This document shows, piece by piece, positions 27,549 to 36,827 of a stretch of 64,000 nucleotides of DNA. Source of the DNA: Dehalococcoidia bacterium (GTDB lineage: Bacteria; Chloroflexota; Dehalococcoidia; Lucifugimonadales; JADFKI01); assembly GCA_965222145.1 (NCBI GenBank), contig CBDCTG010000002.1, positions 445,646 through 509,645 of the forward strand. The letters are read 5' to 3'. Within the stretch, counting starts at the first letter, position 1. Each line of letters begins with the position of its first letter. Under the pieces are notes generated by a model. The model worked only from the letters and a program-made list of their open reading frames with translations. It was not told the DNA's origin and ran no database searches. The translations under genes and the position numbers were made by a program.

Positions 27549-29093
27549 ATGTGCAATCCAGCAGACATACAACACAAGATTCACAGCTTCACCAAAGACG
27601 GTGAACACATCGCGCGCTTCCTCACGGAAACAATGCGGGGCAAGACCCCCGGCGTCAAAGTCTGCCACAGAATGGAAGCCGCAAAACACCTTATCCGCTA
27701 CGGCTTCCCCGACGCCGACTGCGTAACCACCTCTACCCGTCTTTCCCGCGCAGGCGGGAACCCAGAGGAGCAGGGCGGCGACGAAACCCCCGTTCAAAGT
27801 CCCCTCTCCCCTGGGAAGAGGGCTAGGGTGAGGGGAGAAGAGATTGCAGCCCCCGTAACCCACCTCGACATCATCAACTACCAGATAGCCCACCTCATAC
27901 GCCACGAAACAGCCGAAGGTCACACCCTCGTAGAGTTTCTCATTCACATCATGACCGGCAAAGACAGACCCTTCACTCCCAAGAAGTTCCGCATCAAGCC
28001 CGCAGACCGCATGGCAGCAGCAAGAGAACTCCTGCGTCGCGGCTTCGGAGACCTAGGCTCGCGCCGCAGGAAGTCAGACAGCACCGACGAAGAAAACGCC
28101 TACGACACCCTGCACACGGACCTAGCCAGACGAATGCGCGAGTACAGCGAGCGCGGCACCGACACCGTCCGCTTCCTGCTCGAAGTGATGTCAGACCCCG
28201 ACCCTGACCTAGAGTTCACCATCCATCACCGCTTGTCAGCGGCACAGGAGCTTCTGCGCCGAGGCTGGGACACCAACTACGACAACATCAAGCCCAAGCA
28301 CCTCCAAGCCTACTGGCAGGACAAGGAATCCCCGCGTCTCTCCATAGGCCAGAAAAAGACCCAGGCAGGCCTCTCAACCACCATCGACGACTACGACCAG
28401 TACGACGATGTAGATTATGAAGCCATCGCCCAAGAGATCAGAGAAGAAGAAGATCGAGACGACAACTCAAAGCCTCTTCGTTTCCAAGCGACCGTCCCAT
28501 CTTCTCGCCCTTCCTCCGAAAGCAGGAATCCAGAAGACCGCCAAGCCGCCAGTCCTTCCACAAAGCTCCCTCTCGCCCAGGGACTGAGCAGGCGTGAAGG
28601 CACTAATAATTCCCTTCCCCCTCGACGGGGGAAGGTTAGGATGGGGGTGAAGACTCCCACACAAAGCCCGCTCCCGAACAAGGCAACCACCGTCAATGAA
28701 CACGACAAAGCCATCATCAAAGAGTTCAAGGAAGCCATGGACAAAGGCGACGAGCGGGCCGCCCTCCGCGCACAGGCAAAGTACCGCCGCATAGACGTAA
28801 AACCAGAAAAGAACATCTACGACTACGGCCCCAACGACCCCGACCCAACAATCGACTACTACTTCGAACCCCTAAACCCCGAAGAGCAGGCAAAGTTCGA
28901 CAAAGAAGACCGGCGCGAATACGGTCTGACCGAAGACGAGCCAGCCACCAATGGCAGCGCGAACCAACCCTCGCCGAACGGCACGGCCGATTCGCTCGCG
29001 CCAATAAAGCAAGCCGCCGCGCTCCACGGCACACCCATCCGCCCCAACCCACTCGCCGCCAAGCTCCAAAAGCCAACCATCCGCAGCCCCTAA
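27549..29093 (+). CDS. Unrecognised protein family, three tandem helical repeats (paralogue B, expanded by in-frame palindromic elements)
   Basis: 514 aa. Repeats end in HRMEAAKHLIRYGF, DRMAAARELLRRGFGD and HRLSAAQELLRRGWDTNYD. C-terminus YGPNDPDPTIDYYFEPLNPEEQAKFDKED. No Shine-Dalgarno sequence. Confidence 0.7.
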   Translation: MCNPADIQHKIHSFTKDGEHIARFLTETMRGKTPGVKVCHRMEAAKHLIRYGFPDADCVTTSTRLSRAGGNPEEQGGDETPVQSPLSPGKRARVRGEEIAAPVTHLDIINYQIAHLIRHETAEGHTLVEFLIHIMTGKDRPFTPKKFRIKPADRMAAARELLRRGFGDLGSRRRKSDSTDEENAYDTLHTDLARRMREYSERGTDTVRFLLEVMSDPDPDLEFTIHHRLSAAQELLRRGWDTNYDNIKPKHLQAYWQDKESPRLSIGQKKTQAGLSTTIDDYDQYDDVDYEAIAQEIREEEDRDDNSKPLRFQATVPSSRPSSESRNPEDRQAASPSTKLPLAQGLSRREGTNNSLPPRRGKVRMGVKTPTQSPLPNKATTVNEHDKAIIKEFKEAMDKGDERAALRAQAKYRRIDVKPEKNIYDYGPNDPDPTIDYYFEPLNPEEQAKFDKEDRREYGLTEDEPATNGSANQPSPNGTADSLAPIKQAAALHGTPIRPNPLAAKLQKPTIRSP

Positions 29094-29160
29094 CCTCAAA
29101 CTCCCCTCTCCCTCAACTGACAGGGATATGTAAAGTTTGAACAAAGAAGGCTTGCCTATT

Positions 29161-29381
29161 CTGTCACTCTGAATTCAGCGCACGCTTACCTTGTCATTCT
29201 GAATTCAGCGCCCCTTTCCCTGTCATTTCGAACGCAGCGCACGCTTACTCTGTCATTCTGAATTCAGAGCACGCTTACACTGTCATTCTGAACGCAGCGC
29301 ACGCTTGCTCTGTCATTCTGAACGCAGCGCCCCCTTCCCCTGTCATTCTGAACGCAGCGCAGCGGAGTGAAGAATCTAAAA
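29161..29381 (+). repeat. Tandem array of 7 units, period 29-30 bp (consensus CTGTCATTCTGAACGCAGCGCACGCTTACT)
   Basis: Units start at 29161, 29191, 29220, 29250, 29280, 29310 and 29340. They are contiguous with no spacers. The last unit is the full 42-nt element also found at 8268-8309. Confidence 0.9.
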
Positions 29382-29570
29382 TATCTGCATGGCCGGACTG
29401 GGCTCGGTGTGAAAACCCTGCCTATCCTATTAGCTTCGTCCAACAAACCGACCCACCGACCTACCGACATACTGAAAAACTAACCCTCCCACTACACATT
29501 CCGCGCTCCCCGTGTTAGCCTTGTGCCGCGTGAACACCACGCGCACAAACTCACACGGAGGACGCTCGTT

Positions 29571-30347
29571 ATGGACTTGGGAATACAAGGCAAAGTGGCG
29601 CTCGTAACCGGCGGAAGCCGCGGACTAGGCAAAGTCGCCGCGCTCTCACTCGCACGCGAAGGCGTGAATGTCGCCATCTGCGGTCGCACTCAATCAACCC
29701 TCGACGGCACCGTCGCCGAGCTTGAAGCGCTCGGAGTCCGCGCCCAGGGCGTAGTCGCCGACGTCACCGATGTCGACGCCATGCCCCCTCTAGCCCAAGC
29801 GGTCGTTGACGGACTCGGTCCCATCGACATCCTCGTCAACAACGCCGGCGGCTCCCGCGCCCGCCAGGACATCGCCGACCTCCCCCTCGAAGACTTCAAG
29901 GCAGCCTTCGACCTCAACCTCTTCGGCAGCTTTCAGCTCATGCGCGCAGTCATTCCCCCCATGCGCCAGCAGCAGTGGGGCCGCATCATCAACATCGCCT
30001 CCATCTACGGCAGGGAATACGGCGGCAACCTCTCCTACATGGCAGCAAAGTCCGCCCTCATCAGTGCCACCAAGCACGCCGCCATCAGCCTCGTAACCGA
30101 CGGCGTCCTCGTCAACAGCATCGCCCCCGGCTCCATCTCCCACCCCGAAGGCTCATGGGAACGCTTCCAGAGCGACAACCCCCCAGAAGTCGTCGCTGAC
30201 TTCATATCCCGCAACCTCCCCCTCGGCAGGTTCGGCTGGCCCGAGCCCGTCGGCGACCTCGTCGCCTTCCTCGCCTCCGAGCGCGCTGACCTCATCACCG
30301 GCTCCTGCATCGTCGTTGACGGCGGCCAAAGCTACTCCATGATTTAA
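29571..30347 (+). CDS. SDR-family oxidoreductase
   Basis: MDLGIQGKVALVTGGSRGLG and YMAAKSA motifs. GGAGG lies 9 nt upstream of the ATG at 29571. Confidence 0.88.
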   Translation: MDLGIQGKVALVTGGSRGLGKVAALSLAREGVNVAICGRTQSTLDGTVAELEALGVRAQGVVADVTDVDAMPPLAQAVVDGLGPIDILVNNAGGSRARQDIADLPLEDFKAAFDLNLFGSFQLMRAVIPPMRQQQWGRIINIASIYGREYGGNLSYMAAKSALISATKHAAISLVTDGVLVNSIAPGSISHPEGSWERFQSDNPPEVVADFISRNLPLGRFGWPEPVGDLVAFLASERADLITGSCIVVDGGQSYSMI

Positions 30348-30366
30348 GCCAAAAAGCAGGGACAAC

Positions 30367-31323
30367 CTATTTGGTTGCCCCTCTCAAATACTTGGCAAGC
30401 TGCCCCACGACTACTACATGAGCTGGCGCAGCCGCGGGTCGAACCGGTCTCTCGCCCAGGAAGTTCAGCGACATAACGACCATGAAGATGCCGACGCCTG
30501 GGAATACCGTCTGCCACCAAGCTGTGGATACATACTGTCGCCCTTCGGAAATCAGCACCCCCCAGGCAGGCGTGGGCGGCGGAATGCCCGCACCCAGGAA
30601 GCTGAGCGTCGCCTCCGCCAGAATCAGGTCGCCCACATTCAGCGTCGCCACCACTATGGCAGAGTTAATCACGCCGGGCAGAACATGCCTGAGAATGATT
30701 CGCGTGGGTGACGCCCCCGCTATCTTCGCCAGCGAAACAAAGTCCATCTCCTTGAGCTGCAAGGTCTGCGCGCGCACAATCCTCACAAACCCCACCCACG
30801 AGAGCACGGCGAGCAGCACGAACACGACGCCAAGACTCTGCCCGAATATCAGCACTGCGAGAAGAGCAACCATAAGGAACGGCAGCGCAAGCCATATATC
30901 CACGATGCGGGTAACGATTTCGTCGAATATGCCGCCGATGTAGCCGCTTATCATACCCACGCTTGTGCCTACTAACAGACCGACGACCAGAGAAATGGTG
31001 GCGACTATCAGCGAAATACGCGAGCCGGCGATGATGCGACTGAGCACATCTCGCCCAACATGGTCGGTGCCCAATGGATTCGTCCAGCTTCCGGCCTTGC
31101 ACTTTGCGCCCAGGCAGAGCTCGAATCCGACCGGCGGTATATGCCTGCTGCGGGCGTCGGACAGCACCGCATCGTGAGGCGCAATCTGCGGGCCGAATAC
31201 ACCCAATATAATAAGCACCACGATCACGGCAGCGGGTATCACTGGCCAGCGCCTGATGAAGCCCCAGACTGCGGCAAATTGCCTTATGACAGGCGGATGA
31301 GCCGTCGTCCCAACTAATTCCAT
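30367..31323 (-). CDS. ABC peptide/nickel-type transporter permease (DppC/OppC-like), probable 3'-terminal frameshift
   Basis: Typical permease body. After ... LNFLGE the conserved ending RDRFDPRLRQLM-stop (stop at 30414-30416) is in the +1 frame, while the ORF as sequenced reads on to 30367. Confidence 0.75.
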   Translation of the reverse strand: MELVGTTAHPPVIRQFAAVWGFIRRWPVIPAAVIVVLIILGVFGPQIAPHDAVLSDARSRHIPPVGFELCLGAKCKAGSWTNPLGTDHVGRDVLSRIIAGSRISLIVATISLVVGLLVGTSVGMISGYIGGIFDEIVTRIVDIWLALPFLMVALLAVLIFGQSLGVVFVLLAVLSWVGFVRIVRAQTLQLKEMDFVSLAKIAGASPTRIILRHVLPGVINSAIVVATLNVGDLILAEATLSFLGAGIPPPTPAWGVLISEGRQYVSTAWWQTVFPGVGIFMVVMSLNFLGERPVRPAAAPAHVVVVGQLAKYLRGATK

Positions 31324-31340
31324 TGTGTTCCTTGCACCTG

Positions 31341-32286
31341 CTAAGAGTACCTAATGCGCGGGTCTATCATCGCATAGAGAATATCCGCTACCACCGCGAA
31401 GAAGAGGTAGAACATTATGAAGGTGAAGACCGTCCCTTGCAGCAGCGGGAAGTCGTTGTCATACACGGCCCGGTTCAAAGCGATCCATCCGATTCCGGGC
31501 CACGAGAATACAGTCTCCACTACCAGCGCGCCATTCAAGTAGCCCGCCATCAGCAGCAGGGCTGAGGTCAGCGGCGGTATTAGGGCGTTCTTCAGGGCAT
31601 GCTTCCAGATGACCTGAAACCTGCCAAGCCCTTTGGCACGCGCAAGCTTTACGAACTCCGAATCCAACACCTCGAGCATCGCCGATCGAGTGAGCCGCAT
31701 GATCCCGGCGGCAGCGGGCCATCCAAGCACGATGGAGGGTAGTATGTAATACTTGACGTGAAACCCCGAATCATCGCCACGTGTGCCGGCAGGAAGCCAC
31801 TGGAGCAGAACGGCGAATAAGAAAATCGCCATTATGCCCGTCCAGAACTGCGGCAGCGCCTGCCCGAATAGCGCAAACCCCCGGCTGAGATAGTCCCATA
31901 AAGTTCCCCTGCTGGTGGCAGCTGCGACCCCCAGTGGCACGCCTACCAGGATAGCGAAAACCCATCCTCCGACGGCCAACTGGATGGTAGCGCCCATCTT
32001 GCTGAATATGATGTCGCGCACTTCCAGTTCCTGGTGTATGGATGTGCCGAAGTCTCCGAGCAGCAACTTGCCCACCCAAAGCAAGTATTGGACGGGAATA
32101 GGCTTGTTGAAGCCCATTTTGTCCCCCAGCGCCTCCCACTGCTCTTCCGACATTCCGTATCCGGTATCTGGGACGAAGAGTTCGCGAGGGTCGTGCGCCA
32201 GCCGCGTCATACTGAATATGACGATTGTCGCTCCAAAAAAGCGATATGACTATGAATAGCGCGCGTCTTAACAGAAATCGCTGCAT
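31341..32286 (-). pseudogene. ABC peptide/nickel-type transporter permease (DppB/OppB-like), frameshifted at a homopolymer
   Basis: N-terminus MQRFLLRRALFIVISLF (from 32286) is in a different frame from ... ATIVIFSMTRLAHDPRELFV (31341-32210 ORF). They join if one base is removed from the A6/T6 run at 32235-32240. Confidence 0.75.
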
Positions 32287-32423
32287 ATTTTATGCCTCGG
32301 TGTATCAGTTAATCAACAATACAGTTGCAGATTTGGAAGAAGAGCCTGCGCTGAAAAATCATGCAGGCCCTTCCTTACTAACTTGTTAAGCGTCGTCCTA
32401 GCGTCAGTCGTCTGCTAGAGACG

Positions 32424-34322
32424 TTATTGCGCTGGCACAATGAACCAAGATTCCGCTCCGCTCCAATGTGCTTGAGTAGATCGACCGACCCACTCAGAAA
32501 CCTTTTCAGGATTGACCGCATATCCCTTGGGAACTTCCACAACGCCGGAGTACAAGTGCCAATAAATCGTCCAATCGACCACATCCATATGTTGTTCGAT
32601 GGCTGACGCCCTGTCCGGTTCCAGTTTCGTCATATTGTGCATGTCCGCCAGGAAGCGTGACTCGAAGCCCGCCCCCCAACCGGGACGCGACAGGCTGGAG
32701 TCAACCAAAGGCAGGGGCCAGTGGGCAGGCCAGGTTGCGTAGTCAACAGCACCGTTCTTCAAAGTCGGCCAAATCTGTGTGCGCTCCCTGAATCTTGCCG
32801 AAACCACCGAGCCGTAGTCCTCGTTCAGAATTGTGGTCTTCACGCCTATCCCCTCCCACAGCCCGGCGGTAAGGTCACCAATGTCAAACGACACATCTCC
32901 CATCTCAGCGCGGTAGATGTTCGTGGAAATCTCAAACCGCACGCCGTTCGGACCCCGCGGATAGCCTGCTATGTCCAGAATCTCTTCCGCGAAAGACGGC
33001 TGGAAGGGGATGTCCCACAGCCAGGGGAAGTTCGCCATCGGAGACGCAACATTGTAGCTTGGGTACATTTCGCTGTCACCGAAGCCGTATTTCGCCATAA
33101 TCGCGTCAGATGCAGTGTTTGTTATTTTCCTACCGGGATCCCATCCGCCAAAGTTCGGGCCCATGTATTCGGATGGCATGCCGGCGCCATATCCGTTAAG
33201 GATGCCGTCCACGATGCCTTCGCGGTCAAGTGCATAGGACAGCGCCCAGCGCACTAGACGCGCCTGCTCCATGTCGCTCATGCCGGGTGGGTTATCTGTG
33301 TCTTCGTACTGGCAAGGCTTGTCCATTTCGCACCATGGGTTGCCTATCCACGGGTAATCCACAATATTGGACGGGGCGTCCCAAGGCGCAGGGTCGAGCA
33401 CCTCGCCTGTGCGAGCATGCGTCTGCTCCCAGAGATTGCCCGACCACATGTATGAGGCTGTTATCCACTTGGGCTGCGGAACCATGTACCTGAAGCCCTC
33501 GGCTTCTATCTGGTCTGCGAACACCGGGTCAAGTTCAGCTATGTCTGCCTGATAGGACTGTATCATAGCGATGCGGCTTGCCGTTTCGGGCACATGTATT
33601 CTGGTAAAGATGGCGATGTGCGCCGGGTGCTTGTGGTGCTCGGGTAGAGCGCGAAGGTTAGCGCGATTCTGCGGCACCCATTCCTCAACAATGAACGGAC
33701 CCGTGCTTACCATATTCCCCTTCATCCACTCCTTGCCCATTGTGTCGTAGGCCTTCTTGCTATACACCCCTGGGCCCTTGCCGTACTCGCTGATGGTATC
33801 CTCCAAGTTGAAGGCGCCAATCACCACGCCCTCTGCTGCGTCCATCCTGAAAGTGTATTCATCTATGACGGTTGCCAGACCAAATGAGGCAGCCAAGTCG
33901 CCACCGATGCGGAATGTGGAGTTCACATTGAAGGTGGGGTTTGCGTCATTCAGGAACCATACCCAGTCATTGGCAGTCATCTCTCCGAAATCCTGGGAAA
34001 CTCCTACCGGGGAATTGAAAGGCACGCCCTCTTTGAGCTTGAAGGTAACTCCCTTCAGATCCGGGTCAACCTGGAATGACTCAGCTGTCTGTGGAGCCAT
34101 CAAGTTGTCACCCTCTCTGACGAAGAGCGTTTCGGCAAGTCCCAAGCTGACGTTCACCCATTGGGGATTGTACGCAGCTTCGTTAGGGAATCCCGCCAGC
34201 GCATCAACCTGGCTGGCGGCCATGTTGATATGCGCGGTCTGTCCCATCGATCTGCCCGGCGCGGCTTTCGTAACAGGAGCCTGCGGAGGAGCGACTATTG
34301 GCGCTGCCGTAGCCACCATCAC
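32424..34322 (-). CDS. ABC transporter substrate-binding protein, family 5 (peptide/nickel type)
   Basis: 632 aa with family-5 SBP-like length and composition. The N-terminus is atypical: GTG start, no clear signal peptide n-region. An RBS-preceded ATG (MSNSLG ...) lies upstream in another frame. Confidence 0.7.
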   Translation of the reverse strand: MMVATAAPIVAPPQAPVTKAAPGRSMGQTAHINMAASQVDALAGFPNEAAYNPQWVNVSLGLAETLFVREGDNLMAPQTAESFQVDPDLKGVTFKLKEGVPFNSPVGVSQDFGEMTANDWVWFLNDANPTFNVNSTFRIGGDLAASFGLATVIDEYTFRMDAAEGVVIGAFNLEDTISEYGKGPGVYSKKAYDTMGKEWMKGNMVSTGPFIVEEWVPQNRANLRALPEHHKHPAHIAIFTRIHVPETASRIAMIQSYQADIAELDPVFADQIEAEGFRYMVPQPKWITASYMWSGNLWEQTHARTGEVLDPAPWDAPSNIVDYPWIGNPWCEMDKPCQYEDTDNPPGMSDMEQARLVRWALSYALDREGIVDGILNGYGAGMPSEYMGPNFGGWDPGRKITNTASDAIMAKYGFGDSEMYPSYNVASPMANFPWLWDIPFQPSFAEEILDIAGYPRGPNGVRFEISTNIYRAEMGDVSFDIGDLTAGLWEGIGVKTTILNEDYGSVVSARFRERTQIWPTLKNGAVDYATWPAHWPLPLVDSSLSRPGWGAGFESRFLADMHNMTKLEPDRASAIEQHMDVVDWTIYWHLYSGVVEVPKGYAVNPEKVSEWVGRSTQAHWSGAESWFIVPAQ

Positions 34323-34524
34323 CGCTGTGGGGCAGCATCTTCGTTGACAATGTCAACTGGATGCCCAGCGAATTGGACATATTTCTCCCGTGCATCCTGC
34401 GCGAATTGTAAGTGCGAATTGGCAAGCTGATTGCGCTATAATGACATGCACACTAATCTGTTTATATCAGGCACATCGCTCGTAATTTCCTTAATCCAGT
34501 AGATTCCATACTTTTCATGAGTTT

Positions 34525-36783
34525 ATGAAGAACGAGGTTGCTCAAAGAACTGCGCCGTCCTTCCGCCCTGCTTCTGAAATACCGCTTTTCGGCGCACTAG
34601 CCCTAAGACTCAAGAGTGCTACCGACACATTTGCGGGTGTTCAGCTGCTGTTGTGGGAGACAGTCGCATACGGCACATTGCTGGTAATCGCGGGTGCGAT
34701 GCGCCTGTGGGACCTCGGCCAGCGGGCGGTACACCACGACGAAAGCCTTCACTCATTCTACTCATGGCAACTTGCGGAAGGTCAGGGCTTCAGACACGAT
34801 CCACTGATGCACGGGCCACTTCAGTTCGAAGCAAACGCTGCCATATTCTTTATATTCGGTGACAGCGATTACACTTCCCGCCTGCTTTATGCCATAGCCG
34901 GTACTACGCTTGTGGCTCTACCGATCTTCTTTCGCAGCAGACTGGGCAGGCTTGGCGCGCTCTTCACATCTGTCATGCTCGCCTTTTCGCCTGCGCTATT
35001 GTACTTCAGCCGCTTCGCGCGCAATGACGTTCTGATGGCTGCATGGGTATTGGGTCTTGTCATCTGCATGTGGCGCTACATAGACGAAGGCAAACACCGC
35101 TATGTCTATATCGCAGCCGCGCTTCTTGCGCTTGCATTCGCAAGTAAGGAAACCTCTTATCTCATCACCGCATTGCTCGGCCTCTTTCTCACGATGTGGG
35201 TACTATATCGGAATGTCCCACGCGTCTTGGCAAAAGCAGACATCCGCATCGCCGAAACCACGACTGTCGCTGCCATTGGCCGCTTAATATCGGCGTTTTG
35301 GAATCAGGGCAAGAGCTTGTCGTCGTTGCGGGGACCTGTTGCGTTTCTGCTGATCCTTATGACGCTGACCCTGCCAATGTGGTCGGCGGCTATCGGCATA
35401 TTCCAGGACACGGCGTTACTAAGCTGGTCTAACCTGACATTTGTTGCTCACAATGGCAATGGAGCGGTTGGATCGCCGACAGGCGGAGCTATTCTTATTG
35501 CTTCGCTGATAATGGTTACCCTCATGGGCGTGTCGGTTGCTGTCGGTTTCCTATGGGACCAGAAGGTATGGCTGATTGCCGCCGGCATTTTCTATGCTAT
35601 CTGGGTGCTTTCGTACTCCACATTCTTCACTAACTTAGGAGGAATCGAATCAGGAATGTGGCGCGGTCTGGGCTATTGGATAGCGCAGCAGGATGTAGCC
35701 CGGGGCAACCAGCCATGGTACTACTACTTTGTCATTACACCGCTCTATGAGTTTCTGCCATTGGCGCTGGCTATCGTCGCCGCGGTGTACTACTGGATTA
35801 GAAGACAGGCGGACGCGTTCACGCTATTCCTTCTGTACTGGTGTGGTATGACGCTGCTGATGTTCACGATAGCGAGCGAGAAGATGCCCTGGCTGCTCGT
35901 GAACATCACCTTGCCGCTTATCGTCCTTGCCAGCAAATTTCTGGGTGATGTGGCATCAGGCATTGATTGGCGCAAAATGCTATCCTTGCAGGGCTTGTCT
36001 ATTGTCGCTGGCGTTCCTGTACTCATTGCTGCGATTTACACGCTTGCGCTTGCGGGCACCGGTGACGATGAGAACGGGGTTGCAGTCGGAATTGTTGCAG
36101 CGCTGGCGATTGTGACTCTCGTCGGCGGAGGTCTATATCTGGCACGCCGCGAGGGGATCGCGCAAATAGCAAAGATCGCGGCGATTCCTACCGTGCTAGT
36201 GCTGCTTTTGCTGACCGTGCGCGCATCCGGCATGGCCGCGTACAGTCATGGAGATGTGCCCGTAGAAATGCTGGTTTACACGCAGACTTCGCCGGACATA
36301 CGGCTGCTTGCCGAAGAGTTCCGAAGGGCTGACGGCTATGCGGGTGAAGACAACGGCATCTCCGTGGATGTTGATGATACTAGCGGGTTCACATGGCCCT
36401 GGGCATGGTATCTGCGTGACAGCAGCCGCTACCACGCCAGTTATAGAAGCATTGAGGGCGAAGTCTTTGCAGATAAGTCGCCGACTGCCGAGGTGTTGCT
36501 CGTGCATTCAAGCAACCAGGAAGCAGTTGAACCGTCGCTGCAAGGGCTGTACACAGACAGCCAAAGGGTTAAACATCGATGGTGGTTCCCGGAGCATACT
36601 TATCGCAACCTCTCCCTTGAGAGGATTGCGAGTGGGCTGGTTAACCGCGAGACGTGGCGCACTGTGATGGACTATTGGCTTTACCGTGATGGTGTTCGTC
36701 ACAACATAGGCAGCGAGGACGCATATGTCCATTTCGACCCGGACTTCCCGCAGACCTTCAAGCCGATTGCCTCTACGGAATGA
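34525..36783 (+). CDS. Large polytopic GT-C-type (glycosyltransferase family 39 / ArnT-PMT-like) membrane protein
   Basis: 752 aa with more than 12 TM segments. N-terminal HHDESLHSFYSWQL ... PLMHGPLQF block, recalled from TIGR03663/GT39-like proteins. Confidence 0.55.
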   Translation: MKNEVAQRTAPSFRPASEIPLFGALALRLKSATDTFAGVQLLLWETVAYGTLLVIAGAMRLWDLGQRAVHHDESLHSFYSWQLAEGQGFRHDPLMHGPLQFEANAAIFFIFGDSDYTSRLLYAIAGTTLVALPIFFRSRLGRLGALFTSVMLAFSPALLYFSRFARNDVLMAAWVLGLVICMWRYIDEGKHRYVYIAAALLALAFASKETSYLITALLGLFLTMWVLYRNVPRVLAKADIRIAETTTVAAIGRLISAFWNQGKSLSSLRGPVAFLLILMTLTLPMWSAAIGIFQDTALLSWSNLTFVAHNGNGAVGSPTGGAILIASLIMVTLMGVSVAVGFLWDQKVWLIAAGIFYAIWVLSYSTFFTNLGGIESGMWRGLGYWIAQQDVARGNQPWYYYFVITPLYEFLPLALAIVAAVYYWIRRQADAFTLFLLYWCGMTLLMFTIASEKMPWLLVNITLPLIVLASKFLGDVASGIDWRKMLSLQGLSIVAGVPVLIAAIYTLALAGTGDDENGVAVGIVAALAIVTLVGGGLYLARREGIAQIAKIAAIPTVLVLLLLTVRASGMAAYSHGDVPVEMLVYTQTSPDIRLLAEEFRRADGYAGEDNGISVDVDDTSGFTWPWAWYLRDSSRYHASYRSIEGEVFADKSPTAEVLLVHSSNQEAVEPSLQGLYTDSQRVKHRWWFPEHTYRNLSLERIASGLVNRETWRTVMDYWLYRDGVRHNIGSEDAYVHFDPDFPQTFKPIASTE

Positions 36784-36827
36784 CTTAGAGAATCCAGAAA
36801 TGGACTTGCCATAGGGAGATTTGCGAT

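Noticed and set aside
29161-29381. Regularly spaced 30-bp repeats that at first glance resemble a CRISPR array
   Set aside because: The units are directly contiguous with no unique spacers. The repeats are degenerate in their 3' halves, and no cas genes are nearby. This is a tandem repeat of an extragenic element.
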